Source: Methanobacteriota archaeon (GTDB taxonomy: Archaea > Methanobacteriota > Methanobacteria > Methanobacteriales > Methanobacteriaceae). Taken from it: DNA of 64,000 nucleotides. The notes below the pieces were generated by a model. It ran no database searches and had not been told where the DNA came from. It was given only the letters and a program-made list of their open reading frames with translations. This document shows positions 1 through 11,401 of this stretch, one piece after another; the stretch's first letter is position 1, and each line of letters begins with the position of its first letter. The translations under genes and the position numbers were made by a program. The stretch is from positions 736,001 to 800,000 of the forward strand of contig CAWBCJ010000029.1 of assembly GCA_963787255.1 (NCBI GenBank), written 5' to 3'.

Positions 1-308
1 AATATAATATCTTTTCCAGTAATTTCAAAGTTTTTTATCATTGTATTAAAGGGAGGAGTAGGTTTACTAGCCCAAATAGGTGTTCCAATATATAATGTGT
101 CGTAGTTGGATGTATCAAAAGATGATGGATTTATCTGAGTAATTTTTTCACCCCTCGCATCCAGTGCAGCCCTTATCCAGCCAATGATCCCTTTTCTACT
201 TTTAAGATCTTTAATTTCAACTAAATCTCCAGAAACACGTTCTGCAAGCGCTTTTGCAGCAGCCGCGGTTTTTTCAGTCCTTGAATAATACAGTACAGCA
301 GATTTCAA
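1..308 (-). CDS. Flavodoxin family protein (runs off window start)
   Basis: Manual translation from TTG at 308 with GGAGA RBS: MKSAVLYYSRTEKTAAAAKALAE...YDTLYIGTPIWASKP; YYSRT and GTPIW flavodoxin motifs. Not in ORF track. Confidence 0.85.
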   Translation of the reverse strand, partial: MKSAVLYYSRTEKTAAAAKALAERVSGDLVEIKDLKSRKGIIGWIRAALDARGEKITQINPSSFDTSNYDTLYIGTPIWASKPTPPFNTMIKNFEITGKDII

Positions 309-459
309 AAATATTCATCTCCTTTTAATTCTATAACATTTATTTTTTATATTATACTAACATCTTATTTATTTACTTTATTAAAATAGTCCATATCACG
401 AATTGAAGACATTAGGGATAAAAAAATAGATTTTTATAAAAATTAAAAACTTTAATTCT

Positions 460-1260
460 TTATTTCAATAAAAAACTGCATAAATCCTCTATATTATAGA
501 ATATAGTTTTATTTTTAAGTTCCACAACTTCCGGGCGAACAACAATCACCACTTGGATACCTAAATCAAGAGCAGCGGCAATTTTATAGGCTGTACCTCC
601 TGTCTTACCGCTTTCTTTGGTTATAATTACAGAAATATCATATTCTTCCATTAAAGCTTTGTTGAAGTTTTTTGAAAATGTTCCTTGCATTGCAATTATA
701 TTCTCCTGCTTTAATCCAAGATCAAGACATTTTTGAACTGAATCAACAGAAGGTAGAACTCTAGCAAAAATCCGTTTTTTGTCAATCTTTTTAATTATAT
801 GGTTGAGAGTTGAAACACCGGCAAGATGGAGTATTCTGTCACTCTTTTCGGTTATTTCTAAAACCTTTAAAGCTGCTTCTTCAAATGAAAAAACCTTATA
901 AATAAGTGGGGTTTCAATTAAATCTTCTTCTGGCCTTTCGAACCTTATATATTTGATTTTAGTGTATTCTGACGATTTAATAGCATTTTTAGTTGCAGTG
1001 GTAGCAAATGGATGGGTGGCATCCACTAGAATTTCAATTCCATTTTCTTTTATCAGATTTGTTAGCTCTTTTTCATCCAGTTGGCCTGAAAGAACTTCAT
1101 CTGCCCCTGATGATTTTGCTATTTCTGCCCCGTATTCTGTCGTGGTTGTGGCTATTATTTTAAAATTTCCAGTGGATTTAAGTTTTTTAATGATAATGGC
1201 AGCGTCTTTAGTACCTGCCATTACCAAAACGCTTTTTTTGTCCTTTTGGGGCATATTCAC
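460..1260 (-). CDS. cbiJ: Precorrin-6A/cobalt-precorrin-6A reductase
   Basis: MAGTKDA N-terminus, VDATHPFA, YIRFERP, AMQGTFS, ITKESG motifs of CbiJ/CobK. Confidence 0.93.
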   Translation of the reverse strand: MNMPQKDKKSVLVMAGTKDAAIIIKKLKSTGNFKIIATTTTEYGAEIAKSSGADEVLSGQLDEKELTNLIKENGIEILVDATHPFATTATKNAIKSSEYTKIKYIRFERPEEDLIETPLIYKVFSFEEAALKVLEITEKSDRILHLAGVSTLNHIIKKIDKKRIFARVLPSVDSVQKCLDLGLKQENIIAMQGTFSKNFNKALMEEYDISVIITKESGKTGGTAYKIAAALDLGIQVVIVVRPEVVELKNKTIFYNIEDLCSFLLK

Positions 1261-1291
1261 AACCTTATTATCAATTGCTTCAAATGTTTTA

Positions 1292-3823
1292 TTATTTTAC
1301 AAATCTCGCAACAATCCAATCGCTGATTAGGATTGTACATGAAACTGCTAGTATCCATATCCAGTCAATACTTGATATTGCAGTGGTTCTAAAGATTCCC
1401 TGGAAGAATGGAATATAAATAACGCATAATTGCAGTAATAATGATATTCCAATTGCTATAAGCAGGAATTTATTAGAAAATCCTTTTTCTGATCTGCAGT
1501 TAAACACGTTGAATATCTGGAACATTACAAAAACGGTAAATGCAATGGAAGTTGCCTTTAATTCACCGACTCCAAGGGAAAGTTCGTATATGTAAAGTGC
1601 AAGAGTACCCACGGTCATTACTATTCCTGCAAGAAGAATTCTAATAAGGTTTCTTCTTGGAATTATTTCTTCTTTTTTAGGGGCACGCTCCATAACGCCT
1701 TTTTCTGGAGGTTCAACACCTAAAGACTGTGCAGGAGGTCCATCCATAATAATATTTATCCATAAAACTTGAATGGGGTTGAATGGAATGGGAAGACTCA
1801 TAATTGACGCCGCAGTAATGGTGAGTATAGCACCTACGTTAGTTGAAAGCTGGAATCTTACAAATCTTCGGATGTTGTCAAATATGGTACGTCCTTCTTT
1901 AACTGCCTTAACAATTGTGGCGAAATTATCGTCTTGTAGAAGCATGTCTGCTGATTCTTTAGCAACGTCAGTACCGCTACCCATGGCAACTCCAATAGCT
2001 GCTTTTTTAAGAGCTGGGGCGTCGTTAACACCGTCTCCAGTCATTGCAGTTACATTGCCTTTATCTTTAAGTGCTTCTACAATTCTAACTTTCTGTTCTG
2101 GGAAAACTCTGGCGTAAACTTGAATATCTTCCACCATTCTTTCAAATTCTGCATCAGTGAGTTTATCTAATTGAGAACCAGTTAGAACTTTTCCATCTGT
2201 GAGTATCCCAATTTCTTTTGCAATGGCGGCTGCAGTGTCTTTATGGTCACCTGTAATCATTATAACCTTAATTCCCGCTTTCATACAGGTTGCAACTGCT
2301 TCTTTTGCCTCAGCTCGTGGAGGATCCATCATTCCCACTAACCCAACAAAAATAAGGTTTTCTTCTAACTTTTCCTTATGGATGGAGTCAAATTTACTTT
2401 CCTGGTAAGGAATTTTTTTATAGGCAAGCGCAAGAACACGGAGCGCTTTACCAGTCATATCCTTTAAATCATTTAATATGGGTTCTTTATCTTGTTTTGT
2501 AATTTTTTGGACTCTTTCATCCTTTTCAATCCATGAACATTTATTTAAAACGATTTCGGGGGCTCCTTTAATGAGAACATATTTTTCTCCATCTATTTCG
2601 TTCACTGTTGTCATTCTTTTTCTAACGCTGTCCAGTGGAATTTCGTAAAGCCTTGGATATCTCTTTTCAAGCTCTGATTTTGAGTATCCGTTTTCTTCTG
2701 CAAATATCAGGATTGCCCCATCTGTTGGATCGCCTATAATTTTCCCTTCATTTATACTGGCGTTATTACATAGTGCAGATATTTCAAAAGCTCTTTCAGG
2801 GGCAGTAATATGGGTTTCCCTTACAGTCATCTTGTTTTTGGTAAGTGTCCCTGTTTTATCTGTACATATAACATTACATGAACCTAAAGTTTCCACTGCA
2901 AGGAGTCTTCTAACGACTGCATTGCTTTTTGCCATTCTCTGCATTCCAAGTGCAAGAGTTAATGTTAAAATTGCCGGAAGTCCTTCAGGAACAGATGCTA
3001 CTGCTAATGAAATTGCAATAAGGAATGTTTCTACAATTGGAGTGCCCTGTAAGTACTCCAGTATAAATACTATAGAACACACTCCCAATGCTAGAATTCC
3101 CAAATTTCTTCCTAATCTTGATATTTTTTGATGTAAAGGTGTTTCTTCCTCTTCTTCCTGTATCATTTCAGCTATTTTACCGATTTCAGTGTTCATACCT
3201 ATTTCTACAACAACACCTTTTCCTCTACCTGTGGATACATCAGTTTCCATGAAAATAGTGTTACATGTGCTTTCTTCACCGGGTTCAAGTGCATCACAGA
3301 CTTTTTCAACAGGAAGGGATTCTCCAGTAAGTGCTGATTCGTCAATTTTCAAATCAGCAGTTTGTATCACCCTTAAATCTGCAGGGATATTGTCCCCTTC
3401 TTCGACAGTAACAATATCTCCCGGTACTAAATCAACTGCAAGTATTTTTTGCTCTTTCCCGTCACGAACTACAACTGCTTCACTTGAAATGAGTCCTTTA
3501 AGTTTTTCCATGGCTTTTTCTGCCCGGTATTCTTGTATAAATCCAACAACTGCATTTATTATTACTACAATGAGAATGACGATAGCATCAATTACATCTC
3601 CAACAAAATATGCTGCTATTGCCGCAAAAATAAGTATAATTATGAGTATTTCTTTAAACTGGCTTAAAAAAAGGCTCATTGGGCCAGCTTTCTTTTTTTC
3701 AACCAGTTCATTTTTTCCGTATTTGAGCGAACGTTCCTCCGCTTCTCTGGTTGTTAAACCCTTTTCAGCATCTGATTTAAGGTTTTTTAAGGTTTCTTCT
3801 ACACTTAAATTTTCCCATTTCAT
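1292..3823 (-). CDS. Cation (Ca2+-type, P2A) transporting P-type ATPase
   Basis: TGES, PEGL, DKTGTLT, KGAPE, TGDGVNDAPALKKA motifs; multiple TM segments. Confidence 0.95.
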   Translation of the reverse strand: MKWENLSVEETLKNLKSDAEKGLTTREAEERSLKYGKNELVEKKKAGPMSLFLSQFKEILIIILIFAAIAAYFVGDVIDAIVILIVVIINAVVGFIQEYRAEKAMEKLKGLISSEAVVVRDGKEQKILAVDLVPGDIVTVEEGDNIPADLRVIQTADLKIDESALTGESLPVEKVCDALEPGEESTCNTIFMETDVSTGRGKGVVVEIGMNTEIGKIAEMIQEEEEETPLHQKISRLGRNLGILALGVCSIVFILEYLQGTPIVETFLIAISLAVASVPEGLPAILTLTLALGMQRMAKSNAVVRRLLAVETLGSCNVICTDKTGTLTKNKMTVRETHITAPERAFEISALCNNASINEGKIIGDPTDGAILIFAEENGYSKSELEKRYPRLYEIPLDSVRKRMTTVNEIDGEKYVLIKGAPEIVLNKCSWIEKDERVQKITKQDKEPILNDLKDMTGKALRVLALAYKKIPYQESKFDSIHKEKLEENLIFVGLVGMMDPPRAEAKEAVATCMKAGIKVIMITGDHKDTAAAIAKEIGILTDGKVLTGSQLDKLTDAEFERMVEDIQVYARVFPEQKVRIVEALKDKGNVTAMTGDGVNDAPALKKAAIGVAMGSGTDVAKESADMLLQDDNFATIVKAVKEGRTIFDNIRRFVRFQLSTNVGAILTITAASIMSLPIPFNPIQVLWINIIMDGPPAQSLGVEPPEKGVMERAPKKEEIIPRRNLIRILLAGIVMTVGTLALYIYELSLGVGELKATSIAFTVFVMFQIFNVFNCRSEKGFSNKFLLIAIGISLLLQLCVIYIPFFQGIFRTTAISSIDWIWILAVSCTILISDWIVARFVK

Positions 3824-3870
3824 GGTAACACATCTTCAATATTATAATTGTACTAATCATAAAAATTAAA

Positions 3871-4258
3871 TTATTTCACTATCATTTTATAAAAACTTGT
3901 TTTTCGGTAATTTGAAAGCTTCATTTTGTTAGAACTCATAAATTCGGTGGAAAATGGTTTAATAATGATGTCTGCTCCAACATTTTCAGCCACATCTATA
4001 ATATATGGCTGTAGTTCTGGTTGTGGCCGTATAGAATAAATAAGAGATGATCCCTTATATATTTTTAAGTCAGGATTACAAATATCATCCTGAACTATTT
4101 TGCTAGAAGAAGGTTTAATATCTGTCAAGACAATAGTTGCTTTAAGGTTTTCTTGGAGAATTGAGCCAACCATTATGAAATTTTCCAACACCAACTTCAA
4201 CTATCTTGTCTGCATCTACATAATTATTGATAATATATTGAGCAAAATCTTCCCACAT
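3871..4258 (-). pseudogene. UPF0146 family protein interrupted by a +1 frameshift (pseudogene, assembly error or recoding)
   Basis: ATG at 4258 gives MWEDFAQYIINNYVDADKIVEVGVGKF then a stop at 4142-4144. The rest (IVLTDIKP...VQDDI..P...IY....LIYSIRP..EL) is in the adjacent frame (ORF 3871..4200). Span is 388 nt = 3n+1. Confidence 0.8.
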
Positions 4259-4277
4259 TTCTATCACGGAGACATTT

Positions 4278-4718
4278 ATGATAATAAGAGAGTTTAAGCG
4301 TCCAGATATTAAAAGAGTCCTGGAAATAGAAACAGAAGCTTTTAAAGATCCTTATCCTCCAAGTATTCTCATTGATATATATAATCTAGGGGCAGGATTT
4401 CTGGTAGCGCAACATGATAATATTGTCGTAGGGTATATTATATTTTGGATTAGATATGAAGATGAAGGCCATATAATTTCTTTAGCTGTAGATAAAAAAT
4501 ACAGAAAAAAGAATATGGGAAGAGAGTTAGTGGACTATGCTATAGATATATTCACTAAATGCGATGTAAGGGAAATTAAGCTGGAAGTAAGAATTGAAAA
4601 TAAAGGAGCAAGGAAATTCTATAAAAAAATAGGATTTGAGGAAAAGAAAGTCCTCAAAAATTACTATGAAGACGGAGAAGATGCCGTTATCATGAGAAAA
4701 GAAGTGAAAGAAACTTAG
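4278..4718 (+). CDS. rimI: RimI/Ard1-family N-terminal acetyltransferase
   Basis: GNAT motifs GHIISLAV...YRKKNMG, LEVR..N..A..FY...GF, NYYEDGEDA. Confidence 0.9.
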   Translation: MIIREFKRPDIKRVLEIETEAFKDPYPPSILIDIYNLGAGFLVAQHDNIVVGYIIFWIRYEDEGHIISLAVDKKYRKKNMGRELVDYAIDIFTKCDVREIKLEVRIENKGARKFYKKIGFEEKKVLKNYYEDGEDAVIMRKEVKET

Positions 4719-4847
4719 CAATTTCACTTAAAGATAAATACTTGAAAATTAAATGATTTAAAGGAACCATTGTTGGTTCAAAATTACTGCTTATATTAGG
4801 TTTATTAGACATATCAAATGAAAATTCACGATTAATATGGTGATTAA

Positions 4848-5930
4848 ATGTTAAAAGAAGCAAAACTTGCTTTAGAAGACGGAACGATACTAAAAGGAGA
4901 AAGCTTCGGCTTTGAAACTACAAAAACAGGGGAAGTAGTTTTTGCAACAGGTATGACGGGTTATGTTGAGTCCCTTACAGATCCATCATACAAAGGCCAG
5001 TTATTAATGAACACTTATCCCCTGCAGGGAAATTATGGTATATCTGAAAAATGGTTTCAATCAGAAGGAATAAAGGCTGAAGGATTCATTGTAAGAGAAG
5101 AAAACAAGCACCCATCACATGCAAAGTCCACAAAAAGTCTTTCTGATTTCCTGGCAGAATACGAAATTCCGGGAATCAGTGGAGTTGATACAAGAGCGCT
5201 AACTATTAAAATTAGAGAACATGGAACAATGAAAGCAGTTCTTTCTACAGAAGACATAGAAGATAAAGAATTACTGGAAATAGCTAAAACGCAGCCAAAT
5301 ATCGAAGAAATAGACCTTGTTGATCAGGTATGTGTGAATAAACCCAAAATATTAGGAGAAGGCTTTAAAAGTAGGGTAGCCATACTTGACTGCGGAATAA
5401 AAAATAATAGTATAAATGCTTTACTTAAAAGAGAAACTGGAGTAGTTGTTTTACCTTATAAGATGGATTACAAGGAAATTCTTGATTATGATCCTGAGGG
5501 TATACTTGTTTCCAGCGGCCCAGGGGATCCTACAAGAGTAAAAGAAGCCATTGATAATGTGAGGAAACTCTCAGAAAGGCTTCCAATGTTTGGAATATGC
5601 TTAGGCCAGCAAATAATAGGTCTTGCATTCGGAGCTAAAATATACAAGATGAAATTCGGTCACAGGGGAATAAATCAGCCTGTAAAAGACCTTAGAACAG
5701 AGAAGGTTTCAATAACATCTCAAAATCATGGATTCACCATTGATCCATCATCTGTTGAAGAAACACCTTTGAAGATGACACAGGTGAATCTAAACGATGG
5801 AACTCCGGAGGGAATCGAACACAAAGAACTTCCAGTTTCAAGCGTTCAATACCATCCAGAAGCAGGTCCAGGACCTCACGATACAGATTACACATTTGAC
5901 AGGTTCCTTAAGATTATAAAGGAATATTAA
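4848..5930 (+). CDS. carA: Carbamoyl-phosphate synthase small subunit
   Basis: [43 protein letters not shown]. Confidence 0.98.
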   Translation: MLKEAKLALEDGTILKGESFGFETTKTGEVVFATGMTGYVESLTDPSYKGQLLMNTYPLQGNYGISEKWFQSEGIKAEGFIVREENKHPSHAKSTKSLSDFLAEYEIPGISGVDTRALTIKIREHGTMKAVLSTEDIEDKELLEIAKTQPNIEEIDLVDQVCVNKPKILGEGFKSRVAILDCGIKNNSINALLKRETGVVVLPYKMDYKEILDYDPEGILVSSGPGDPTRVKEAIDNVRKLSERLPMFGICLGQQIIGLAFGAKIYKMKFGHRGINQPVKDLRTEKVSITSQNHGFTIDPSSVEETPLKMTQVNLNDGTPEGIEHKELPVSSVQYHPEAGPGPHDTDYTFDRFLKIIKEY

Positions 5931-6048
5931 ACTTCACTTTAAATTTGGAAAAACAATTAATCAGCTCTTGAAATGTTAATAAATGACAAAAATATAATTT
6001 AATAATTTAAAACTCACACATTATATAAGTTACAAACGGGGACTAAAG

Positions 6049-9000
6049 ATGCCTAAAGATCATGACATAAAAAAAGTTCTTATCATTGGATCAGGACCAA
6101 TTCAAATAGGCCAGGCTGCTGAATTTGACTATTCCGGCTCTCAAGCATGCAAATCAATTATGGAAGAGGGAATTAAAACTGTACTTGTTAACAGTAACCC
6201 TGCAACAATCCAGACAGACATGGACATGGCAGACAGGGTTTATGTTGAACCATTAACTCCAGAAATAGTTGCAAAAATCATAGAAAAAGAAAAACCAGAC
6301 GCAATTTTACCAACAATGGGCGGACAAACTGGTTTAAACGTTGCAACAGGTCTTGAAGAAATTGGAGCGCTTGAAGGTATTAAAGTAATAGGTTCCTCTG
6401 TAGAAACAATAAGGAACGTAGAAGACCGTGATCTTTTTGATAGGTTTATGAAAGAGCTTAACGAACCTGTACCTAAAGCGAGAGCTGTTAGTTCATTAGA
6501 AAAAGCTTTAGAAGCTGTTGAACAGATAGGGTACCCTGTCATTGTAAGGCCTGCATTTACTCTTGGAGGTACCGGTGGTGGGGTAGCTTACAATGAAGAA
6601 CAGCTTCGCGAAGTAGCAACACGTGGACTGGACATGAGTTTTATAGGTCAGGTACTCATTGATGAATCGGTAATGGGCTGGAAAGAGTTCGAATACGAAG
6701 TAATGCGTGATAAGAACGATACGTGTATTATTGTTTGTAACATGGAAAACATCGATCCTATGGGAATACATACTGGAGAAAGCATAGTTGTCGCGCCCTC
6801 ACAGACTTTAAGTGATGATGATAACCAGAGGCTTAGAGATGCTTCTATTAAGATAATAAGAGCGCTTAAGATTCAGGGAGGATGTAACATACAGTTTGCA
6901 GTGCACCCTGAAACTGGGGAATACAAAGTAATTGAAGTTAATCCTAGGGTGAGCAGAAGTAGTGCGCTCGCTTCAAAGGCTACAGGATACCCAATAGCTA
7001 AAATATCATCTAAAATTGCAATTGGAATGACTCTTGATGAAATACAAAATGATATTACCAAAGAAACACCTGCATCTTTTGAACCTTCAATTGATTATGT
7101 GGTTGCTAAAATACCTCGATGGCCATTTGATAAATTTAAAGGGATAAACAGACAAATTGGGATACAGATGAAATCTACAGGAGAAGTAATGTCTATTGGC
7201 AGGACTATTGAAGAATCTCTCCATAAAGCTATAAGGTCTCTTGATATTAAGCGATTTGGTTTTGATGATGTTGATTACACTAAGGAAGCGCTTGAAAAAG
7301 CAACAGACGACCGCATATTTCAGGTTTATACTGCACTTAAATCTGGAATGAGCATTGATGAAATTAAAAGGATCACTAAAATCGATGAATTTTTCCTTTA
7401 TAAAATAATGAATATTATTGATTTTGAAAATAAATTGAATAAAGATAGTATTAGAGATCTTTTAATGCTTCGAAAAGCAAAAAGAATGGGTTTCTCTGAT
7501 AATAAGCTTTCAGAAATCACAGGATACCGTGAAGAAGAAATAAGGAAAATGCGTAAAGAAAACGGTATTATACCAACTTATAAAATGGTAGATACATGCG
7601 CTGCTGAATTTGAAGCAAAAACGCCCTATTATTACGGTACATATGAACAATTCGATGAAGTGAAAGTTTCTGATAAGAAAAAAGTTATTATATTAGGTGC
7701 TGGGCCAATAAGGATTGGTCAAGGTATTGAATTTGATTATTGCTGTGTTCATGGTGCAATGGCCCTTAAAGATGAAGGAATAGAAACTATTGTCATAAAT
7801 AACAATCCAGAAACTGTTAGTACTGATTATGATATTTCAAATAAACTTTATTTTGAACCACTAACTTTTGAAGATGTTATGGAAATTATTGATAAAGAGA
7901 AACCACATGGAGTTGTTGTTCAATTTGGTGGTCAAACATCCATAAATCTTGCTGTACCTCTTGCAGAAGAAGGTGTAAAAATACTTGGTACTCCGCATGA
8001 AAGTATTGACCGGGTAGAAGATCGTGAAAGATTTACACGGGTTTTAGAACGGTTAAACATTCCTCAAGCAGATTATGGAACTGCTAATTCATTTGAAGAA
8101 GCAAGAAAGGTTGCTGAAAGAATTGAATTCCCTGTACTTGTCCGACCATCATACGTACTGGGCGGAAGAGCTATGGAAATTGTCTATGACGATGTAGAAC
8201 TTAAAGAGTACATGAAAGAAGCTGTAAAAATTTCCCCCGAGCATCCGATACTTGTGGATAAATTCCTTGAAGATGCAATTGAAGTAGATGTAGATGCACT
8301 CTGTGATGGTGAAGATGTATTCATTGCAGGAATAATGGAACACATTGAAGAAGCAGGAGTTCACTCTGGAGATTCTGCGTGTGTTATACCTCCTCAGACC
8401 ATTCCTAAAGATGTTTTAGAAAAAATTAAAGAGTATACTAAGAAACTTGCACTTGAAATTGATGTAGTAGGTCTTATTAATATCCAGTATGCAGTAAAAA
8501 CTAATGGAGAACATAAAGTTTACATTTTAGAAGCAAATCCGCGTGCAAGTAGGACTGTACCTTTTGTGAGTAAGGCTATTGGTATTCCTATTGCAAAAAT
8601 AGCAGCTAAATTGATGATAGGCCATAAACTCGCTGATTTGGGACTTACAGATGAGATAAAGATTGATCATGTAGCTGTTAAAGAATCAGTATTTCCATTT
8701 ATTAAACTTCCAGAAGCAGATTCAATACTGGGCCCCGAAATGAAATCTACAGGAGAAAGTATGGGAATAGATGATAATTTCGGAGTTTCGTACTATAAAT
8801 CTCAGTTATCTGCCCATATGCAACTTCCAACTGAAGGTAAAATATTCATAAGTGTAAGAGATGCAGATAAAGATAAAATTCTTGATATTGTCAAAAAAGC
8901 TGAAGAACTTGGATTTGAGACACTTGCAACAAGAGGAACTGCAAGGGCAGTTGAAGAACACGTGAAAATTGATAGAATTAAGAAAATCAGTCAGGGTTCT

Positions 9001-9228
9001 CCAAATATTAAAGAAGCAATACTAAATGGCGAAATAAATCTTATAATAAATACACCCTCTGGTAAGCAGTCTGCAGATGATGGCTACTTTATAAGAAGGC
9101 TTGCAGTTGAACTTGGAATACCTTACGTTACAACACTTGCAGGGGCCCGTGCAGCATTAACTGCTATTGAAAAGGTAAAAGATGGAGAAATAGGCGTAAA
9201 ATCTTTAAATGAATATCATCATCTATAA
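6049..9228 (+). CDS. carB: Carbamoyl-phosphate synthase large subunit (unsplit)
   Basis: [18 protein letters not shown], duplicated ATP-grasp halves, [11 protein letters not shown]-terminal MGS domain. Confidence 0.98.
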   Translation: MPKDHDIKKVLIIGSGPIQIGQAAEFDYSGSQACKSIMEEGIKTVLVNSNPATIQTDMDMADRVYVEPLTPEIVAKIIEKEKPDAILPTMGGQTGLNVATGLEEIGALEGIKVIGSSVETIRNVEDRDLFDRFMKELNEPVPKARAVSSLEKALEAVEQIGYPVIVRPAFTLGGTGGGVAYNEEQLREVATRGLDMSFIGQVLIDESVMGWKEFEYEVMRDKNDTCIIVCNMENIDPMGIHTGESIVVAPSQTLSDDDNQRLRDASIKIIRALKIQGGCNIQFAVHPETGEYKVIEVNPRVSRSSALASKATGYPIAKISSKIAIGMTLDEIQNDITKETPASFEPSIDYVVAKIPRWPFDKFKGINRQIGIQMKSTGEVMSIGRTIEESLHKAIRSLDIKRFGFDDVDYTKEALEKATDDRIFQVYTALKSGMSIDEIKRITKIDEFFLYKIMNIIDFENKLNKDSIRDLLMLRKAKRMGFSDNKLSEITGYREEEIRKMRKENGIIPTYKMVDTCAAEFEAKTPYYYGTYEQFDEVKVSDKKKVIILGAGPIRIGQGIEFDYCCVHGAMALKDEGIETIVINNNPETVSTDYDISNKLYFEPLTFEDVMEIIDKEKPHGVVVQFGGQTSINLAVPLAEEGVKILGTPHESIDRVEDRERFTRVLERLNIPQADYGTANSFEEARKVAERIEFPVLVRPSYVLGGRAMEIVYDDVELKEYMKEAVKISPEHPILVDKFLEDAIEVDVDALCDGEDVFIAGIMEHIEEAGVHSGDSACVIPPQTIPKDVLEKIKEYTKKLALEIDVVGLINIQYAVKTNGEHKVYILEANPRASRTVPFVSKAIGIPIAKIAAKLMIGHKLADLGLTDEIKIDHVAVKESVFPFIKLPEADSILGPEMKSTGESMGIDDNFGVSYYKSQLSAHMQLPTEGKIFISVRDADKDKILDIVKKAEELGFETLATRGTARAVEEHVKIDRIKKISQGSPNIKEAILNGEINLIINTPSGKQSADDGYFIRRLAVELGIPYVTTLAGARAALTAIEKVKDGEIGVKSLNEYHHL

Positions 9229-9588
9229 ATTCTTTTTTTCAATAGATTAACTGCATGCAATATTAAAATTTAACTGTGTTTAAACCTCTTTTTATTTTAA
9301 AGCTTTTTAACAAATTATAATATAAAAATATTCATAATAATATTCTAATTTGTAAAATTATCATTTTAAAAATATGAATTCAGGGACAAATGGAGATACA
9401 AGTGGAACTAAAAAGATTTCAGGGAGTTAATAAAGTTTAATTCTTAAAAATCAAAAGTTATTAAGAATTCTTATAAAAAAAGAAGGATTAATAACTTATT
9501 TTATTTCTTTTTATTAATTTTTGTTATTTAAAAATATAGTTGCTAAATACATAATGATAAATATGTTTTTAATTATATTCTAAATTGT

Positions 9589-10740
9589 ATGATTATTATT
9601 GAGAATGCCACTGTTCTTCATGGGAAAGAAATGAACGCTTTGAAAGCTAATATTGTAATTGAAGATACCAAAATAGTTGAAATCAGTAAAAACAGAGTAA
9701 ATAAAGGCAAAAAAATAGATGCAAGAGGATGTATTGTATCTCCTGCATTACTTAATTCTCATGTTCACATGGGAGATTCTATCGCAAAGGACATAGGGGA
9801 TGGAAGAAACATTGATGAAATTGTTAAACCACCCAATGGATTAAAACACAGAGTATTGAATGAATCTAAACCATTTGACATTATAAATTCTATGAAGCAA
9901 TCCATGAAGGATATGCTAACAAGTGGGACATCTACATTCGTTGATTTTAGAGAAGGTGGACTTGAAGGAATTGAATTAATTAATGAAGCTGCAGAAGATT
10001 ACCCCATCCGTAAAATAATACTTGGAAGGCATCATTCATTTCAAAATGAGGAAACAAAAAAATCAGAAATAAAAAAAGTGGCAAAAAAACTCCTTGAATC
10101 CTGTGATGGCATTGGTTTAAGTGGATTCGGAGAAATAAAGGATGATGTGGCATCATTAATAACAAAAATCTGTAAAAAGCAAGGAAAAATATCAGCAATA
10201 CATGCTGCAGAATATGAAAAAATTCAGATGGATTCTATAGAATTGACAGGTAAAAGTGAAGTTCAAAGGGCGGTTGAATCAGATTTTAACATGTTAGTGC
10301 ACCTTACAGCACCTATGGGGGATGATTTAAAACTGGTTGGTAATAGCAGCAGTTCTGTGGTTTGTTGTCCACGATCCAATGGAACACTTTCAGTGGGAAT
10401 CCCTCCGGTAAAAGACCTTTTTAAACATAAAATAAATGTACTTCTTGGAACAGATAATATAATGTTTAACTCTCCAAACATGTTGCGAGAAATGGAATAT
10501 GCTTTAAAGGTTACGCGCGGTTATTATAAGGAATATTTCCCTCCGGTGGAAATATTGAAAATGGCAACAATAAATGCTGCAAACGCGTTAAAAATGGATA
10601 CTGGATGTATAGAAGAAGGTAAAACTGCAGATATCATCATTGCAAAGCAAAAATCTGAAGATCCTATACTTTCAATTATTAACAGAACAGAACCTTCGGA
10701 CATTAAAAACACAATAATAGAAGGTAACTTGGCATTTTAA
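9589..10740 (+). CDS. Metal-dependent amidohydrolase (deaminase-like, substrate unknown)
   Basis: NSHVH (HxH), IHAAE and LGTD metal-ligand motifs. Confidence 0.88.
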   Translation: MIIIENATVLHGKEMNALKANIVIEDTKIVEISKNRVNKGKKIDARGCIVSPALLNSHVHMGDSIAKDIGDGRNIDEIVKPPNGLKHRVLNESKPFDIINSMKQSMKDMLTSGTSTFVDFREGGLEGIELINEAAEDYPIRKIILGRHHSFQNEETKKSEIKKVAKKLLESCDGIGLSGFGEIKDDVASLITKICKKQGKISAIHAAEYEKIQMDSIELTGKSEVQRAVESDFNMLVHLTAPMGDDLKLVGNSSSSVVCCPRSNGTLSVGIPPVKDLFKHKINVLLGTDNIMFNSPNMLREMEYALKVTRGYYKEYFPPVEILKMATINAANALKMDTGCIEEGKTADIIIAKQKSEDPILSIINRTEPSDIKNTIIEGNLAF

Positions 10741-10808
10741 AAACAATTAACATTATTTACTTAACATAATCTACGTTTCATTGATTGATTTATGGAAGAG
10801 GTGAAATT

Positions 10809-10853
10809 ATGTATAAAAAAATTTTATTACCAACAGACGGTTCTGAATATGCT
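10809..10853 (+). repeat. 45-bp exact direct repeat, copy 1 (5' end of first usp)
   Basis: ATGTATAAAAAAATTTTATTACCAACAGACGGTTCTGAATATGCT, identical to 11357-11401. Confidence 0.92.
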
Positions 10854-11255
10854 GAAATGGCCGCAGAACATGCGTTTCTTTTGGGAAGCAGAAGCGGTGC
10901 TGAAATTATAGTTTTAAATGTAGTTGAAGCTCCACGATTTACAGGGATTAGATCAGCAGATAAGGATGAATTAATTAGTAGGTTTAAGGAAGAAGGACAA
11001 AACTCATTTAACCGTATTAAAGACATGCTAATGAAACGTAAAAGTGAAGGCAAGTGTGAAAAGGAAGTAAATTTAAATTTCGAATATAAAGAAGGTTCTC
11101 CTGCAGATATTATACTTAAAGTCATAGAAGAAGAAAATATAGACCTCGTAATTATGGGAACTTCAGGAAAAAGAGGTCTGAATAGATTTTTACTTGGAAG
11201 CGTGGCTGAAAATACCATGAGATCGGCAAAAATCCCGGTTTTAGTGGTGCGTTAA
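10809..11255 (+). CDS. Universal stress protein (UspA family)
   Basis: [11 protein letters not shown]...MGTSG...LLGSVAE...PVLVV; start moved to ATG 10809 after GAGGTGA RBS. Confidence 0.93.
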   Translation: MYKKILLPTDGSEYAEMAAEHAFLLGSRSGAEIIVLNVVEAPRFTGIRSADKDELISRFKEEGQNSFNRIKDMLMKRKSEGKCEKEVNLNFEYKEGSPADIILKVIEEENIDLVIMGTSGKRGLNRFLLGSVAENTMRSAKIPVLVVR

Positions 11256-11356
11256 TATTTGTTTACTGGTCTCCATAAATAATCAATTATATAAATCTTG
11301 AATCATAACAGTTAAAATATATAAATGAGTAATATATTATTTCAAGGGGTGAACTC

Positions 11357-11401
11357 ATGTATAAAAAAATTTTATTACCAACAGACGGTTCTGAATATGC
11401 T
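11357..11401 (+). repeat. 45-bp exact direct repeat, copy 2 (5' end of second usp)
   Basis: Identical to 10809-10853. Confidence 0.92.

Noticed and set aside
953-3869. Plus-strand ORFs antisense to cbiJ and the P-type ATPase (e.g. 3189..3869, 226 aa), and similar shadow ORFs throughout the track
   Set aside because: They lie opposite well-supported genes and have the Ser/Ile/Phe-rich composition of reverse-complemented coding DNA, with no motifs.
6049-9228. Possible split carB as seen in some methanogens
   Set aside because: The frame is continuous for 1059 aa; ordinary full-length gene.
9360-9440. Short ORFs (16-18 codons) and a repeated TTCAGGGA in the carB-amidohydrolase gap
   Set aside because: Too short, with no convincing RBS or motif; compatible with chance.
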